Assembly: GCA_951406725.2 (NCBI GenBank)
Contig: OX597829.1
Location: forward strand, 56,048,001 to 56,112,000
Direction of reading: 5' to 3'
DNA from: Octopus vulgaris
Lineage: Eukaryota
Length of the DNA stretch: 64,000 nt
Shown: piece by piece, positions 29,867 to 42,839 of the stretch
Layout of the letters: each line of letters opens with the position of its first letter
How positions within the stretch are numbered: position 1 is the first letter of the stretch
Notes under the pieces: model-generated
Told to the model about the DNA's origin: nothing
Database searches by the model: none
The model's input: only the letters and a program-made list of their open reading frames with translations
Program-made: the position numbers and the translations under genes

Positions 29867-30247
29867 TCTCTTTGTTTTCTTTGTATATCTATTCCAAATT
29901 GTGGAGACATCTGACAATGTTTGCGTGTGTGTATGCATATTAAAAAAGTGCAAACTTTCGGATCCAGCCAGCCGTCTTTTAGTTTTCAATAATATCTTGT
30001 AAAGACTTGAATCAATATTTATAAGTATAGCTTTTGTAAAACCAGTTTCACTGAAAATCTGCTTCCTTCCGTCAATCGACAGCATTCTCCTCTTTAGATT
30101 TCAGAGACACAAAGTTGTAATCCTTGATACAACTAACACTTAAGACTGCGCCAGAACAAGTATTTTACCAGTAAAGCTACTCAATAATTGATTCAACTTC
30201 TCTTTCACTTTTTGCTCTTGTACACGTACAAACAGCAATTTATTATA

Positions 30248-30324
<77 letters not shown>

Positions 30325-31975
30325 TGGGGGGGATTCACAAAAAACAAAAGACGAAGACAGGTGGTGTAGACAACAAACAGATGTATTAGTTTAACACTCG
30401 GGAAGTGAAAAAGCTTTTAACGTTTCGAGCCTACGCTCTTCCACAGAAAGGAACACAGACAGAAAGGAGAGAAAATAAAGAATGTGTAGTGGCTAGCGAT
30501 CTATCATGGCGAATGCCGGACAGAGGGGCCACACAAGAGAGATAGGAAGAAGGGGAAATAATAAAGTAGTGGTGATCCCAAAACGAAGGTGCGCGAGCGT
30601 GTGTATATGAGAGCGTCTATGTGCGTGTGGAAGAGGGATGGTGATCTTGATGTGTGCGTGTATGCATGTGTAGGAGTATGGATGATGGTGTGGGTCTAAG
30701 AAGTGGTTAGTGCTAGTGTGTGCGTGGTGGTATGATTTGATGTAGTGTGATGTGATGTGGTGTGATGTGGTATGGTGGTGTGGTGGTGTGTGGTGTGATA
30801 TAGTGTGGGGATGTAGGGGAGGCAAGAGTGGGGAAAGCAAGGGTGGGGCGTAGGTTATGGTAGGGTGGGTGGAGGTGGGGTATGTGGGAGTGGGTGTAAG
30901 TGAGGGTGGGATGGGATGGGATGGGATGGATAGGGAAGGTGGGGCTGAATTGTGTAGAGGTGGGGTTACTGGGGAGGGTTGGCGATGAAGGGAGAGGGGG
31001 AAGAGAGAAGGTGGGTAGGAGTGAAGAGAAGAGAGAAGGAGACTAGGAGTGAAGAGAAGTAGGAGTCGGAGCAAGAGAGGAGCGGTGGGTGGGAGGAAGT
31101 AGGTGTGAGAGGAGAGGAGGTTTAGATGAAGAGGATAGAGTGGAGAAGGGTTAGATGAAGAGGGGAGGAGAGTTGAGCCCATGTGGCGCAAAGAAGAAAA
31201 GAGAGAAGATTATCCTTGTTCACGGCGAAGACGGGAGTCCGGATGGCCACTGTGCAAGGACAGTCCGAACACGGACAGGTTTTCCAAAGAGTGACCGGTA
31301 GAGCGGAAATGGGTCGAGACCGAGGTGTCATTGACGAGTCGGATGTCTCGGAGGCGTTCCGTGAACCTGTCAGTCAATCGGCGTCCCATTTGACTGATGT
31401 ATAGAGAAGGGCAGAGAAAGCAGGAGATGCAGTAGATGACGTTGATAAAAGCGCAGGTGAAGGAGTCAGTGATATGATAGGTTCGATGAAGAGTGCTGGT
31501 GAGAAGGGTCGTGTTGGAGAGGTAAGGGCAAGTGCGGCAGCGTTGGCGGGAGCGGGGGAACGAGCCGGGTTGGGAGGTTGGGTTAGGGAAGAAGCTGTGG
31601 ACCAAGAGGTCTCGTAGGTAGTGGGCTCGTCGGACTGCAGTCGCCGGAAGACTCGGAGAATGGTGCGTTGGAAAGGTAGGTGGTAGAGAAACGGGAAACG
31701 GGAGACGGCGGGGCGGGGCGGGGGAAGAGAGCAGATGCACGGTCCACGAGACATGCTCTGGTAAGGATGGTGTGGATAGTGGTGAGGGAATATCCACGTA
31801 GGATGAAGTGGCAAGCCATGAGTTGAGACTGAGTCTCAAAAGCGTGGTCGTCACTACAGAGCCTGCGTAGACGGAGGAATTGGGATTAGGGGATGGAGAG
31901 CTTGGTGTGTTTAGGGTGGGAGGAGGAGAAGTTGAGGTAATAGTGTGAGTCTGTGTATTTGTAGGGGATGGACGT
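30325..31975 (-). mobile_element. Penelope-like element 3' part (Neptune-type Cys linker, GIY-YIG, 3' UTR with hammerhead-like motif)
   Basis: ORF 31210-32013 contains LRDLLVHS, RCRTC, FTC..NVIYCISC..C.SLYISQMGRRLTDRFTE and RLRREQ. Confidence 0.85.
30414..30450 (-). ncRNA. Hammerhead-like motif, variant core (CUGUGGA)
   Basis: CUUU-CUGUGGA-A-GAGC(GUAG)GCUC-GAAAC-GUU-AAAAG at the 3' end of the PLE. Confidence 0.5.
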
Positions 31976-32241
31976 GCTGATATATATATATATCGTGATA
32001 GAAAATTCAACAAAGAAAGTACTCCATCTGGTGAGAGATAAATATTATGTATTTAAAGGACACAATACATGTCTTTAAGTGCTACTAATAGTTTCATATG
32101 TCGAGGAATATCTGAAACATATTCTTCGGCCATAAACCACATACCAACGAAGTATGTGCATATGTGCATAGTGTGTATGTATATCTATTTATCTACCTAT
32201 CATTCTATATATATATGCGTGTTTGTGCGCGTGTGTGTATG

Positions 32242-32314
<73 letters not shown>

Positions 32315-32599
32315 TTTGTCGATCGGTTTTGACAAGTTACCTGACGAGTTCGGGAGTGTATTGCATAACCTAAATAATTGTGCTATGCTTACATGGAAAT
32401 AAAAACGCTTAACGAAGCAATTGCAACAACACTCTGAAATCCATTCGCTTCTTTTTTACGCCTCACTATATATGCTAATCTTCGTTGAATACTTCGTCTA
32501 CTGTTGAAAATATAGTTTACGAAAGTGTCTTAACTTCATCGGTGCCTTCTTCGCTGATAATGGATTACTTCACCGTATGTACTCTGCGTGATTCTATTA

Positions 32600-33390
32600 A
32601 GCCAATTAGTTGATACGCCTTGCTTCTTAGTTGATAACCTCAAGCTGTATGATCCAGATATCAACTTCATCAAAAAGCAACTGGATCACATAACACAATT
32701 CTCCAAAGACATAGGAATGAAATTTGGTATAACCAAAATGTGTTTTGCTTTTTGTTTGTTTTTTTGTTTTTGTTTTGGCAGTAAAATGCAGGAAACAGTG
32801 TCCTCACCCAAGACACTAAAATTGAGCAACACTTTTCTACAGTCTTTACTCTCTGGGGAAAGCTACAAGGATCTTGGACAGGATGAGAATGTCAGTTATG
32901 ATGGAACCATCAGTCAGGAAAAGATTAGGAATGAACACTTCATGAAAGTTTTTTTTTAAATGCTCTTTTGAACCCTGAGTTTACAGCAGGTATATCGAGA
33001 ATATCACCTTTGCAATGTCTATCCTTACGCCCATATTTAGCCTTCCGGTCTGGTTACTTCAAGAACTCGATGACATAGACGTACGAATTCGCAAGCTGCG
33101 CAGTGTTACACGAAACTTCATCATCAAAGATGTAGATAGGCTATGCTTCCCAAGCAACGAAGGAGGCCACTATTTTAAATCTGTATTGATGTCACATGAA
33201 GCATAGATTGTGACACTGTAAAAAAGCATGTGCAGCACACGAGAGATACCAATGACTAATTTGTGTAATTTTGTGACAATGCAATGCAAAATGTAATTAG
33301 AATTGCTAATGAACTTGAGGAGAATCAGGAAAAAGGAGTTGGTACAGATCTCTCCTAAAGGCGCATTGGTAAATTCCATTTATTAGAACG
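32600..33390 (+). mobile_element. R4/Dong-clade LINE RT fragment
   Basis: FLVDNLKLY, FSKDIGMKFGITK, YKDLGQDEN and DVDRLCFPSNEGG. Confidence 0.75.
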
Positions 33391-33396
33391 AAAAAA

Positions 33397-34252
33397 TGTA
33401 TGTATGTATGTATGTATGTATGTATGTATGTATGTATGTATGTATATATGAATGTATGTATGAATGTATGTACGTACGTATGTATGTCATACATACACAC
33501 ACATACATACATACATACATACATATATACATACATACATACATATATACATACATACATTAATACATACATACATACATACATACATACATACATACAT
33601 AAATACATTCATACATTCATACATACATACATTCATATATACATACATACATACATATATACATACATTCATACATACATACATACATTCATACATACAT
33701 ACATACATACATACATACATACGTTCATACATACATACATATATACATACATACATACATTCATACATACATTCATACATACATACATTCATACGTACAT
33801 GCATAAATACATTCATACATTCATACATACATACATTAATACATACATACATATATACATACATTCATACATACATACATACATACATACATACATTCAT
33901 ACATGCATACATGCATACATTCATACATACATACATATATACATACATTCATACATACATACATACATTCATACATACATACATACATTCATACATACAT
34001 TCATACATATATACATACATACATACATTCATACATACATACATACATACATACATACATACATACATACATACATACATTCATACATATATACATACAT
34101 ACATACATACATACATTCATACATACATACATACATACATACATACATACATACATACATACATTCATACATGCATACGTACATTCATACATACATACAT
34201 ACATTCATACATACATGCATACATACATTCATACATACATTCATACATACAT

Positions 34253-34285
<33 letters not shown>

Positions 34286-35514
34286 TACATACAAACACAC
34301 ACAGACATACATACATACACGCATGCATATACATATACATACCTGAATGCGTACACACATACATACATTTACACACATACATACTCACGCATACATACAT
34401 ACATACATACATACATACATACATACACACATACATACTCACGCATACATACATATATACACACATACATACTCACGCATACATACATACATACATACAT
34501 GCATACATGCATACATACATGCATACATACATACATACATACATACATACATACATACATACATGCATGCATATACATATACATACCTGAATGCATACAC
34601 ACATACACACTCACAAATACATACACACACATACATAAATACATACATACATACATACACACACACACATACATACATACATACATACATACATACATAC
34701 ATTCATACATACATACATACATACATACATTCTTACATACATACATACAAGCATACATACATACATACATACAAACATACATACAAACATACATACATAC
34801 ATACATACATACATACATACAAACATACATACATACATACATACATACATACATACATACATACATACATACATACATACATACATACATACATACATAC
34901 ATACATACATACATACACACATACACACATACATACATACATACATACATACATACATACATACATACATACATACATACATACATACATACATACATAC
35001 ATACAAACATACATGCATACATACATGCATACATACATACATGCATACATACATACATACATACATACATACATACATACATACATACATACATACATAC
35101 ATACATAAATACAGACATACATACATACATACATACATACATACATACATACATACATACATACATACAAACATACATGCATACATACATACATACATAC
35201 ATACATGCATACATACATACATACATACATACATACATACATACAAACATACATGCATACATACATACATACATACATACATACATACATACAAACATAC
35301 ATGCATACATACATACATACATACATACATACATACATACATACATACATACATACATACATACATACATACATACATACATACATACATACATACATAC
35401 AGACATACATACATACATACATACATACATACATACATACATACAAACATACATGCATACATACATGCATACATTCATACATACAAACATACATGCATAC
35501 ATACATTCATACCT

Positions 35515-35545
<31 letters not shown>

Positions 35546-35859
35546 TACATACATACATACGTACATACATACATACATACATACATACACACACATACAT
35601 ACATACATACACGCATGCATATACATATACATACCTGAATGCGTACACACATACATACGTTTACACACATACATACTCACGCATACATACATACATACAT
35701 ACATACATACACACATACATACTCACGCATACATACATACATACATACATACATACACACATACATACTCACGCATACATACATACATACACACATACAT
35801 ACATACATACATACATACATACTTACAAACATACAAACATACATACATACATACATCCA

Positions 35860-35893
<34 letters not shown>

Positions 35894-36000
35894 CATACAT
35901 ACATACATACCTACATACATACATACCTACATACATACATACATACATACATACATACATACATACATACATACATACATACATACATACATACGTACAT
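33397..36000. repeat. Short (TATG)n followed by about 2.5 kb of (CATA)n compound microsatellite
   Basis: Direct tandem repeats with higher-order blocks. Confidence 0.95.
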
Positions 36001-36644
36001 ATACTCACTTACTTACTTATAACTGTTCACATGTGCATATTGCTAGTCATCCATGCAGAAGTGGGAGGACCCCGCTCCGTGTATAATATGGATTTTAGAC
36101 GGCCTCAGAAAAGTAAATTGTACAAATGATACGAACGTGCTCCCTCTGGAGCTACTATCCTATTGATGTGGTGTATAATCTTCCGCCTTTAATTATTAAA
36201 ATGATCTCTTCTCTTCACGCTTCAGTTACATAATTTCCTATTTTAACTCTTTCAATGGCGATATCTTGTCATACATACAGTTTCTCACAAACAAAATCTG
36301 TAATAAACATTTTTTTGTCCTGTTACGTCTTCCTTGCTCCAACCGGAACGCCCATCAATAGTAAATGAAACTGAATATCTACTATATCGATCAAGGATAG
36401 TCATTAATTAATTTTTATACACCTCCAATTTTTCTTAAATTTATCGGTCGCTGATAACTAAAAGCTTTAAACAAATATCTAAATATTCTTTATTTATTTT
36501 TTTCATATTATTTTTGAAAAAAAAAAAATATTTCATATAATTATCTTTTATGAAATTCAAATAGAAACAAACACAAAACACACTCACAAAACAAACAACT
36601 TTTCCTTTGTCAAGTTTTTATTAAACAAATAAAAAAAGGTAGCA

Positions 36645-36704
36645 AAGAAGAAGAAGAAGGAGAAGAAGAAGAAGAAGAAGAAGAAGAAGAAGAAGAAGAA
36701 GAAG

Positions 36705-36735
<31 letters not shown>

Positions 36736-36752
36736 GCAGCAGCAACAATAAC
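36645..36752. repeat. (GAA)n(CAA)n(CAG)n compound microsatellite
   Basis: Direct tandem repeats. Confidence 0.9.
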
Positions 36753-38149
36753 AAAAATGACTGTTTCCAACATGGGTACAAGGCGAGATTAAAGCAAAAA
36801 CATTCAAAGTGAGACATGGAAACGCATGGAGAGAAATGTTAAATACTTGCAAAAAAGCCAATAATTTTTCGTTAGTTCACTCAGTGAATTATTTCGATCA
36901 CTGAAATGGATTGCATTAAGCAACCCATTTCGGTGAGCGGGAGTCAGTGCATATCTGCTTATCAAATAATTACAATGATACGATGGTATTTGATGGACCA
37001 AGATAAAAAGAGACTAACCCTTTTGGACTTCATTTTCTTTATTTCGACATTTATATATTTTTATCAAAAGTTAAAAGGCAACGCACATAAGTTTTGCAAA
37101 AAACTTCCATAGGTGGTTTGTTAAAAGGAGTGAAGAAACTGATTCATCGAAGCATAACAACTTATCAGTTATTCTCATGCCGAAAACCTTATTTAAATTC
37201 TCGCGTCACAATGGATTTCACTCACCAACACCACCCGATACTGGCCAGTGGCATTAAACCGGATGAAGACTAGTTCTACAACCTAAAAGCAGATACTGTC
37301 TACCAGTCGGGCTTCTGTACAGTTTTTATCATGAATAAGGTTTGCGTTGATTTGAGGCTGAGATTGAAGATATTTGCTCAAGATAACTGCTTAATGAAAT
37401 CGAATTCAGAACTACGTTATAGGGAAGCGGGCTTCTTAACAATGCAACCATTTTTATCAACTCAACTCATTAATTACAGCAACTGTCTTCAACATTATAT
37501 TCTATCGTAGAATGGTAATTTAGTAAATCATCAACTTTTAATGCTACATGTCCAGATTCTACAGAATGGCTGCGATGTAAGACGATCAAATTCAGTCGAA
37601 AGTTCCTATTTTTATTTCTAGTAGGTAATATCATCTCTTGATACATAATTGTAAAACAGTTTTCCTAAAATTATCGAGTTCCAGTCTTGGATTTTTTTAC
37701 AAGGTATAACATTAATAAAGTGAATTATAGTTTTTGAAAATACCTATTTGAGAAAAAGTAATAACCCAAGTTGATATACTTGTTTACGCTCACATGAGAA
37801 ATTACAAGTTAGAAAACCATAGAATGGAAACACTTTATGCTATGTTTCGCAGAAGTTTCAAATGTATAAGCTGTTCGAATAACAGTTAGGGACATTTACT
37901 GATCCTTTGTGGTTTCGTCTGGCTGAGGTCGGTTCAGCTGAGGTTCTGGCTGAGGTCGGTTCAGCATATCCAGGAAGTGTTGGGCTCATCTTTCTACTTC
38001 CTTACTTTCAGTTGCTATAAGGGGATGCCGTCTTTATTTCTGACTCTGGCTAATTGGTACAAAACCGGTTGGTTATCTTATAAATTGTATTCATCTCTGT
38101 CTTAATGTTGACTCAGAATGCTGGTGGGGAAAAAGGGAGGCATGAATCA

Positions 38150-38515
38150 GATTAGTGCTTTCCACAATAGAGGCCTGAAGAAAATCTGCCTCATCTTATG
38201 ACCCGAGGAAGTTTCAAATGAAGAACCATAAAGAAAATTTCTTGCTATAGTGTGATGCTTGAAATAAAATGCCGGAAGTTAAAATGGCTGGGTCATGCAC
38301 TCAGAATGCACTAGAGCAGGATACTAAAGATCGTATAAAAACGAGCGATACCTGGAAAGTGGAATCCTGGCAGCCAAATAACAGCTGGCATAGATCAGTT
38401 GAAGGAGAGCAGTGAAAATGGGTCTTACAGGGGACAAGATAGAGAGCTGCTTGAAAATAGATTTAAATGGCGTTGAATCGGTGAAGCCTTATATCCCAAT
38501 CAGGATAAAGTTGAA
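38150..38515 (+). mobile_element. RTE-clade LINE 3' end
   Basis: FHNRGLKKICLIL*PEEVSNEE...LKWLGHALRM...PGKWNPG, typical of the RTE C-terminus. Confidence 0.7.
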
Positions 38516-38810
38516 GTATATTGATAATTACTTTTCTACTGATCAACTATAATAAAATTATATATAGAATATAGATTAATGGAAACCTGCTATATTATTC
38601 TATACTATTCATGATTTTAGCTGATTTTATATATGTAACATGAATGGTTCTTTTGTTTATCAAGTAATTATAATTTTACTTAATTTATCGTTCCATTATT
38701 TCATTTTACTTCATTTCACGAATTTATAATTTACAAAGTTATTTTATCGCTTTAATGATATATTTTTTTTAATTCTTATTAACTTATCAATAATTGTTTT
38801 CTATTTCCAG

Positions 38811-39231
38811 AGTATCAGCACATTGTTTAGTGCTCTAAAAGTGGTCCGACTCCTTCGCCTCGGTCGTGTGGTACGAAAGCTGGACCACTATCTGGAATAT
38901 GGCGCAGCCTTTCTGGTTCTTCTTATCTTAGTGTTTTTACTATTTGCCCACTGGTTTGCATGTATCTGGTATTCAATTGGCTACAGTGAAGCAAAACAGT
39001 TAATCTCATATGGCTGGATGTCGAAACTAAGTGATGTGACGAAGAAACCATTTTATATAAATAAAACGGAACTAGGAAGTGAGGATTTAAACGGTGGTCC
39101 GACCAAGGACATGCGATACATGACTTCATTATACTTTACGTTATCTTGCATGACAAGCGTAGGATTTGGAAATGTGGCGGCCAATACAGTAAACGAGAAA
39201 ATATTTGCTACCTTTATGATGATTTGTGGAG
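38811..39231 (+). CDS. eag: Internal coding exon of an ether-a-go-go (Kv10/KCNH1-5-like) voltage-gated K+ channel: S4, S5, pore helix, GFG filter, start of S6
   Basis: Translates SISTLFSALKVVRLLRLGRVVRKLDHYLEYGAA...AHWFACIWYSIG...SLYFTLSCMTSVGFGNVAANTVNEKIFATFMMICG. The S4 pattern LKVVRLLRLGRV is eag-subfamily rather than erg/elk. Acceptor ttgttttctatttccAG ends at 38810 (phase 0); donor GTaact starts at 39232 (phase 1). Confidence 0.95.
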
Positions 39232-39344
39232 GTAACTTTATTTTTATTTCTTTTACCTTCAAACAATTTTAATTTTTCTTTAAATAGTTTCACTTTTGAA
39301 TACGGTTCCAAATAAAGAAATTTTATGCACCCTTGCTATATACA

Positions 39345-39570
39345 ATGTAAATCAACAAGCATTCGCACGTTAGACAAATTTTGTATCTCTATTAGTAAAG
39401 CTATGCATTTTTATTGTGTTGGATGAAAACCAGCTAACCTATTCAACCCCTGATAATGGATATGTATGTACCTTTAAGTTCCTAACCACCCCCATGTCAT
39501 GATCTACCAACAGTAAACAGGTACCATGAAGTGAACATTCCTCACTCCAACAGTGGCAAATCTGTGGAAA
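39345..39570 (+). promoter_or_regulatory. Candidate intronic editing-complementary sequence (ECS) pairing with the eag exon
   Basis: Several collinear nested helices with the exon, including a 13-bp helix 39181-39193/39410-39422 (see findings). Confidence 0.65.
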
Positions 39571-40084
39571 ATTGCTATTTAAAATACGGGTTCTAAATCA
39601 TTTCATAACTTTGTGTCTTTGATAATCTGACGATCAAAAGATGTGTTTTGATATGCTGTAAAATTAAGTTATACTATTAAACAAATTTTTATTCATTCTA
39701 TATGTATAGTCATCATATTTACCATCTGGAAAACGGAATTTCAATGTCTAAATCCTTTCCAGTGAATAAATTGCTTGTATCGTTTATTAGCATGAAAACT
39801 GAATTGAATTTGTTTATTAACATTCTACAATCACATTGCTTCTAAAACTAACAGAATGGTCGATATGGACCCTATTTTTTAATCGAGAAAACAAAATTTA
39901 ATCCAATAAATGGTGTTAATCTATTTTATTCACTAAAAGTTTTGTTGATTTAAAGTCTGGCCAAGGACTTTAATATTGCATTAGGTTCCTAAAAGTTCAA
40001 AAATTTCAGGAATGGTGTGCCACTGTTTTCTTAGTAATAATTCTTTGGAGAGAAACATCTAATCCCACCCCCCTACTAAATTAG

Positions 40085-40402
40085 CACTCCATCCGTTGCG
40101 ACGATGAGTGTTCCAGCTGATGCGATCAACAGAACAGCCAGCTCGTGATATTAACGTGCAAGTGGCTTCACAAACACGAGTACCCTTAACGTAGTTCTCA
40201 AGGAGATTCAGCGTGACACAGGATGTGACAAGGCTGGCCCCCCATTGAATTACAAGTACAACTCCCTTTTTGCAGCTGAGTGGACTGAAACAACATGAAA
40301 TAAAGCGTCTTGCTCAAGGATCTAACGCAGCGCCGGGAATTGAACTCTCTACCTTACGAGCTTGAGCCAAATGCTATAATCATTAAGCCACGCGCCTTCA
40401 CA
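40085..40402 (-). mobile_element. tRNA-derived SINE
   Basis: Reverse complement: ggcgcgtggcttaatg...gagttcaattccc...ccttgagcaagac; tail shared with 49004-49190. Confidence 0.85.
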
Positions 40403-42585
40403 CCTATACCTTGTAATGATGTTTTAAAAGCTTATTCTTGTTGCTTTGGACAAAAGTTAATTTAGAATTTCTTTGAAAATACAGAAAAAATTTAGCAATT
40501 TTTTAACATAGAAAATACACTTAAAATAGGCCCAAAACGTCATACAATGCTGTATAAAAGTGAGCTATGTGGTATTAAATACTAATAATTAATAATAACG
40601 TTTAACAAGAGTTCCAAACAGTAAGTTGTAAGATACAGTTACATTTTAACAAAGAGACTTCCTGATATAAGGTTCGTATACAGTTTTTGCCTCATAAATT
40701 TTGTAAACTTCCACAGAGGTCAGCTTTGTGTTTCATTCCCCAAAGAAGGTAAAATAAAGTGCCAGTTAAGTACTGAGAAATAATATGATAGATTGTTTTC
40801 CTCCCCAAAATTTTGGGGTCTTATGTCTTTGTCATAAACAATTACATGATGAAGGATATGTTATCACATATGATAATAGAAAAAAATACCATGTCTTTGT
40901 GGAATAGAAATGAGAGTCAACGTACTACAATGAATTGAAAATCATTTCTTTTTCTTTTTGCTTGTGAATCTAGAATTCTGGAAATGAGAATTTAACAAAT
41001 AAAATCATGTGAAACATGCAAAAAATGAGTTTCCTATTGAATTGTATGAGTCTCGTTTTTTAACAGAGATCTAAATGTTTCTAGTACAAAGATCACGTCC
41101 AAATGTCTCCGCTTTTATGAAAATATAACTGATTCTCAGTAAAATTATTATTACCCAAGTGATATTTTTGATAGAAACACTTTACATAACCGAAATTTCT
41201 CAAATAGAAAAGTAATTACAATAGATGAAACGTTAGATTACTAACTACGCTGTGGCTTTCAAACGCACTGTAGATATTCAGTATATTTCAAGTAAAGACA
41301 TCTTCTTTTATGCTGTGTAATTTCCTTATAGACTAGCTTCTTATCCTGGATAATATTTAACTTTCATCCATTTTAATTTATTGAGACCAAGATTAAGAAT
41401 CAGTTTTATGAATTCTTGAAGTCTAAAAAAAAAGACAAAAATCAATGTTCCACAAAACTCAAATATCAAACTACACAATGCTCAAAGACATCTAAAGCAA
41501 TGACATTTCACTTCTACTGATAAATTTTGGAATCTTTACGATAAACCAGAAACTGGAAGTATCAATAGTTTCCGTGTTCCGAAGGATTGACAACTTGTCG
41601 ACAGCATTTGCTACTGTGCACAGCCAAGCCACGTTCCTCTTGACAATACATTTGGTAACTATGTTTAGATACTGTTCACCACTGCAAAAAAAAACGAGGT
41701 GCAATTTATGTATGTTTAACAATTGCTTCATTAGCTTCTGAACTGAGTTCAAGCGTTCCCATAAGCTTCAAACTTATTTCAACCAATATTATATTCTCAC
41801 TTGCTCTGACGCCAGGTTAGAGGAGAAAGGACGTTCTTATGCTTTGATCACGATATGGCGTTGCTGCCAATGATATGCGACAAACTGAGGAACCCTCAGA
41901 ATTTTCAGTCATAAACAACTCAGTGAAAGTGATTTCACATCAAGTAATTCGACAGAATATTTTCTTGGACTTTCACTTTTTTAACAAGGATTCATGAAAT
42001 AGTTTCGTATCATGATTTTGCGGAAGAGAATCGTGGATGACTCCAAAACATTTTCATGGTCTGCATCCAAGACTTGAAGGTGTGAGTGATTTAGTTATTT
42101 GAAGTCAAGATATAACCCTGGATCTTCATTCTGTTGAGTATGTCTCAAAAATAATTTTGTACATTAACAGCTAAATCAGAAACTGAACTACTTAGAAACA
42201 TTTTGTAACTTTAAGAACAATCTTAGGAAAGCTAATGTTCCTTTGACAATGGAACAGTATTTGCACAGTTATTTGCTAACTTAAATATATTGATATCAAA
42301 CATAACTTGAATTTCCCAACTCGACATTGTTGATTTTTATCCTTCCCTTTCCAGCACCATATATAGATCCCGGATTTATTAAGACTTACAATACTATCCA
42401 TAAGTGATAAGGGCATCGAAATTATCATTTGCACTTGAAGAACTCTACTTTTTCACAAAGCATCCGATTGGAATATATCAAAACGCAGAGATAGGTGATC
42501 TTATGGAATGATATATTTTCGATGTATTATGTAATAAATTTACTTCAGTAGATTTCAGTTATATCAAAACGAAAGATTAGCTATA

Positions 42586-42813
42586 CAGTAATTCTTCAAC
42601 TATCGTAAGTGTTACGTTCTGAACTCCACCCCCACCACCCGCAATAGGTGAAAATCTGCGAAGTTGAAACAATACTGTACTATATATTTGTTTAGATATC
42701 TTTATAATTTGTGTATATTTTATTATAAATGCAAAACAACACCACGAAGGAATCAACGTAAGCTTAAATAGTAAACCGCGATAGGTGAACAGCGATATGG
42801 CGAGGAATTACTG
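42586..42813. mobile_element. Tigger/pogo-type MITE
   Basis: Imperfect terminal inverted repeats CAGTAATTCTTCAACTATCG / CGATATGGCGAGGAATTACTG, flanked by TA on both sides. Confidence 0.8.
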
Positions 42814-42839
42814 TATTCAGAATTCCAGTGAACACACAT

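Noticed and set aside
33400-36129. Very long ORFs (up to 724 aa) of HTYI/MYVC repeats; similar ones at 1.0, 26.9, 45.4, 55.2 and 57.9 kb
   Set aside because: They are translations of stop-free (CATA)n/(TATG)n microsatellites, not genes.
36584-36861. PolyQ/polyE-like coding exon
   Set aside because: Pure compound trinucleotide repeat without convincing splice sites or homology; the same applies to the poly-T/Y/V/I ORFs at 12.8, 16.1, 26.1, 50.9 and 57.1 kb.
37918-37965. Repeat-spacer-repeat pattern (tctggctgaggtcggttcagc twice)
   Set aside because: Only two units; a simple local tandem duplication, not a CRISPR-like array.
38823-39272. ORF-track 149-aa protein as a complete gene
   Set aside because: It starts at an internal TTG and runs past the GT donor at 39232; it is an internal exon (38811-39231).
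41230-42480. Possible DNA-transposon coding relic (also 4330-5300, 46700-46990, 50300-50710)
   Set aside because: Coding-like texture but no motif I could assign confidently; needs a profile search.
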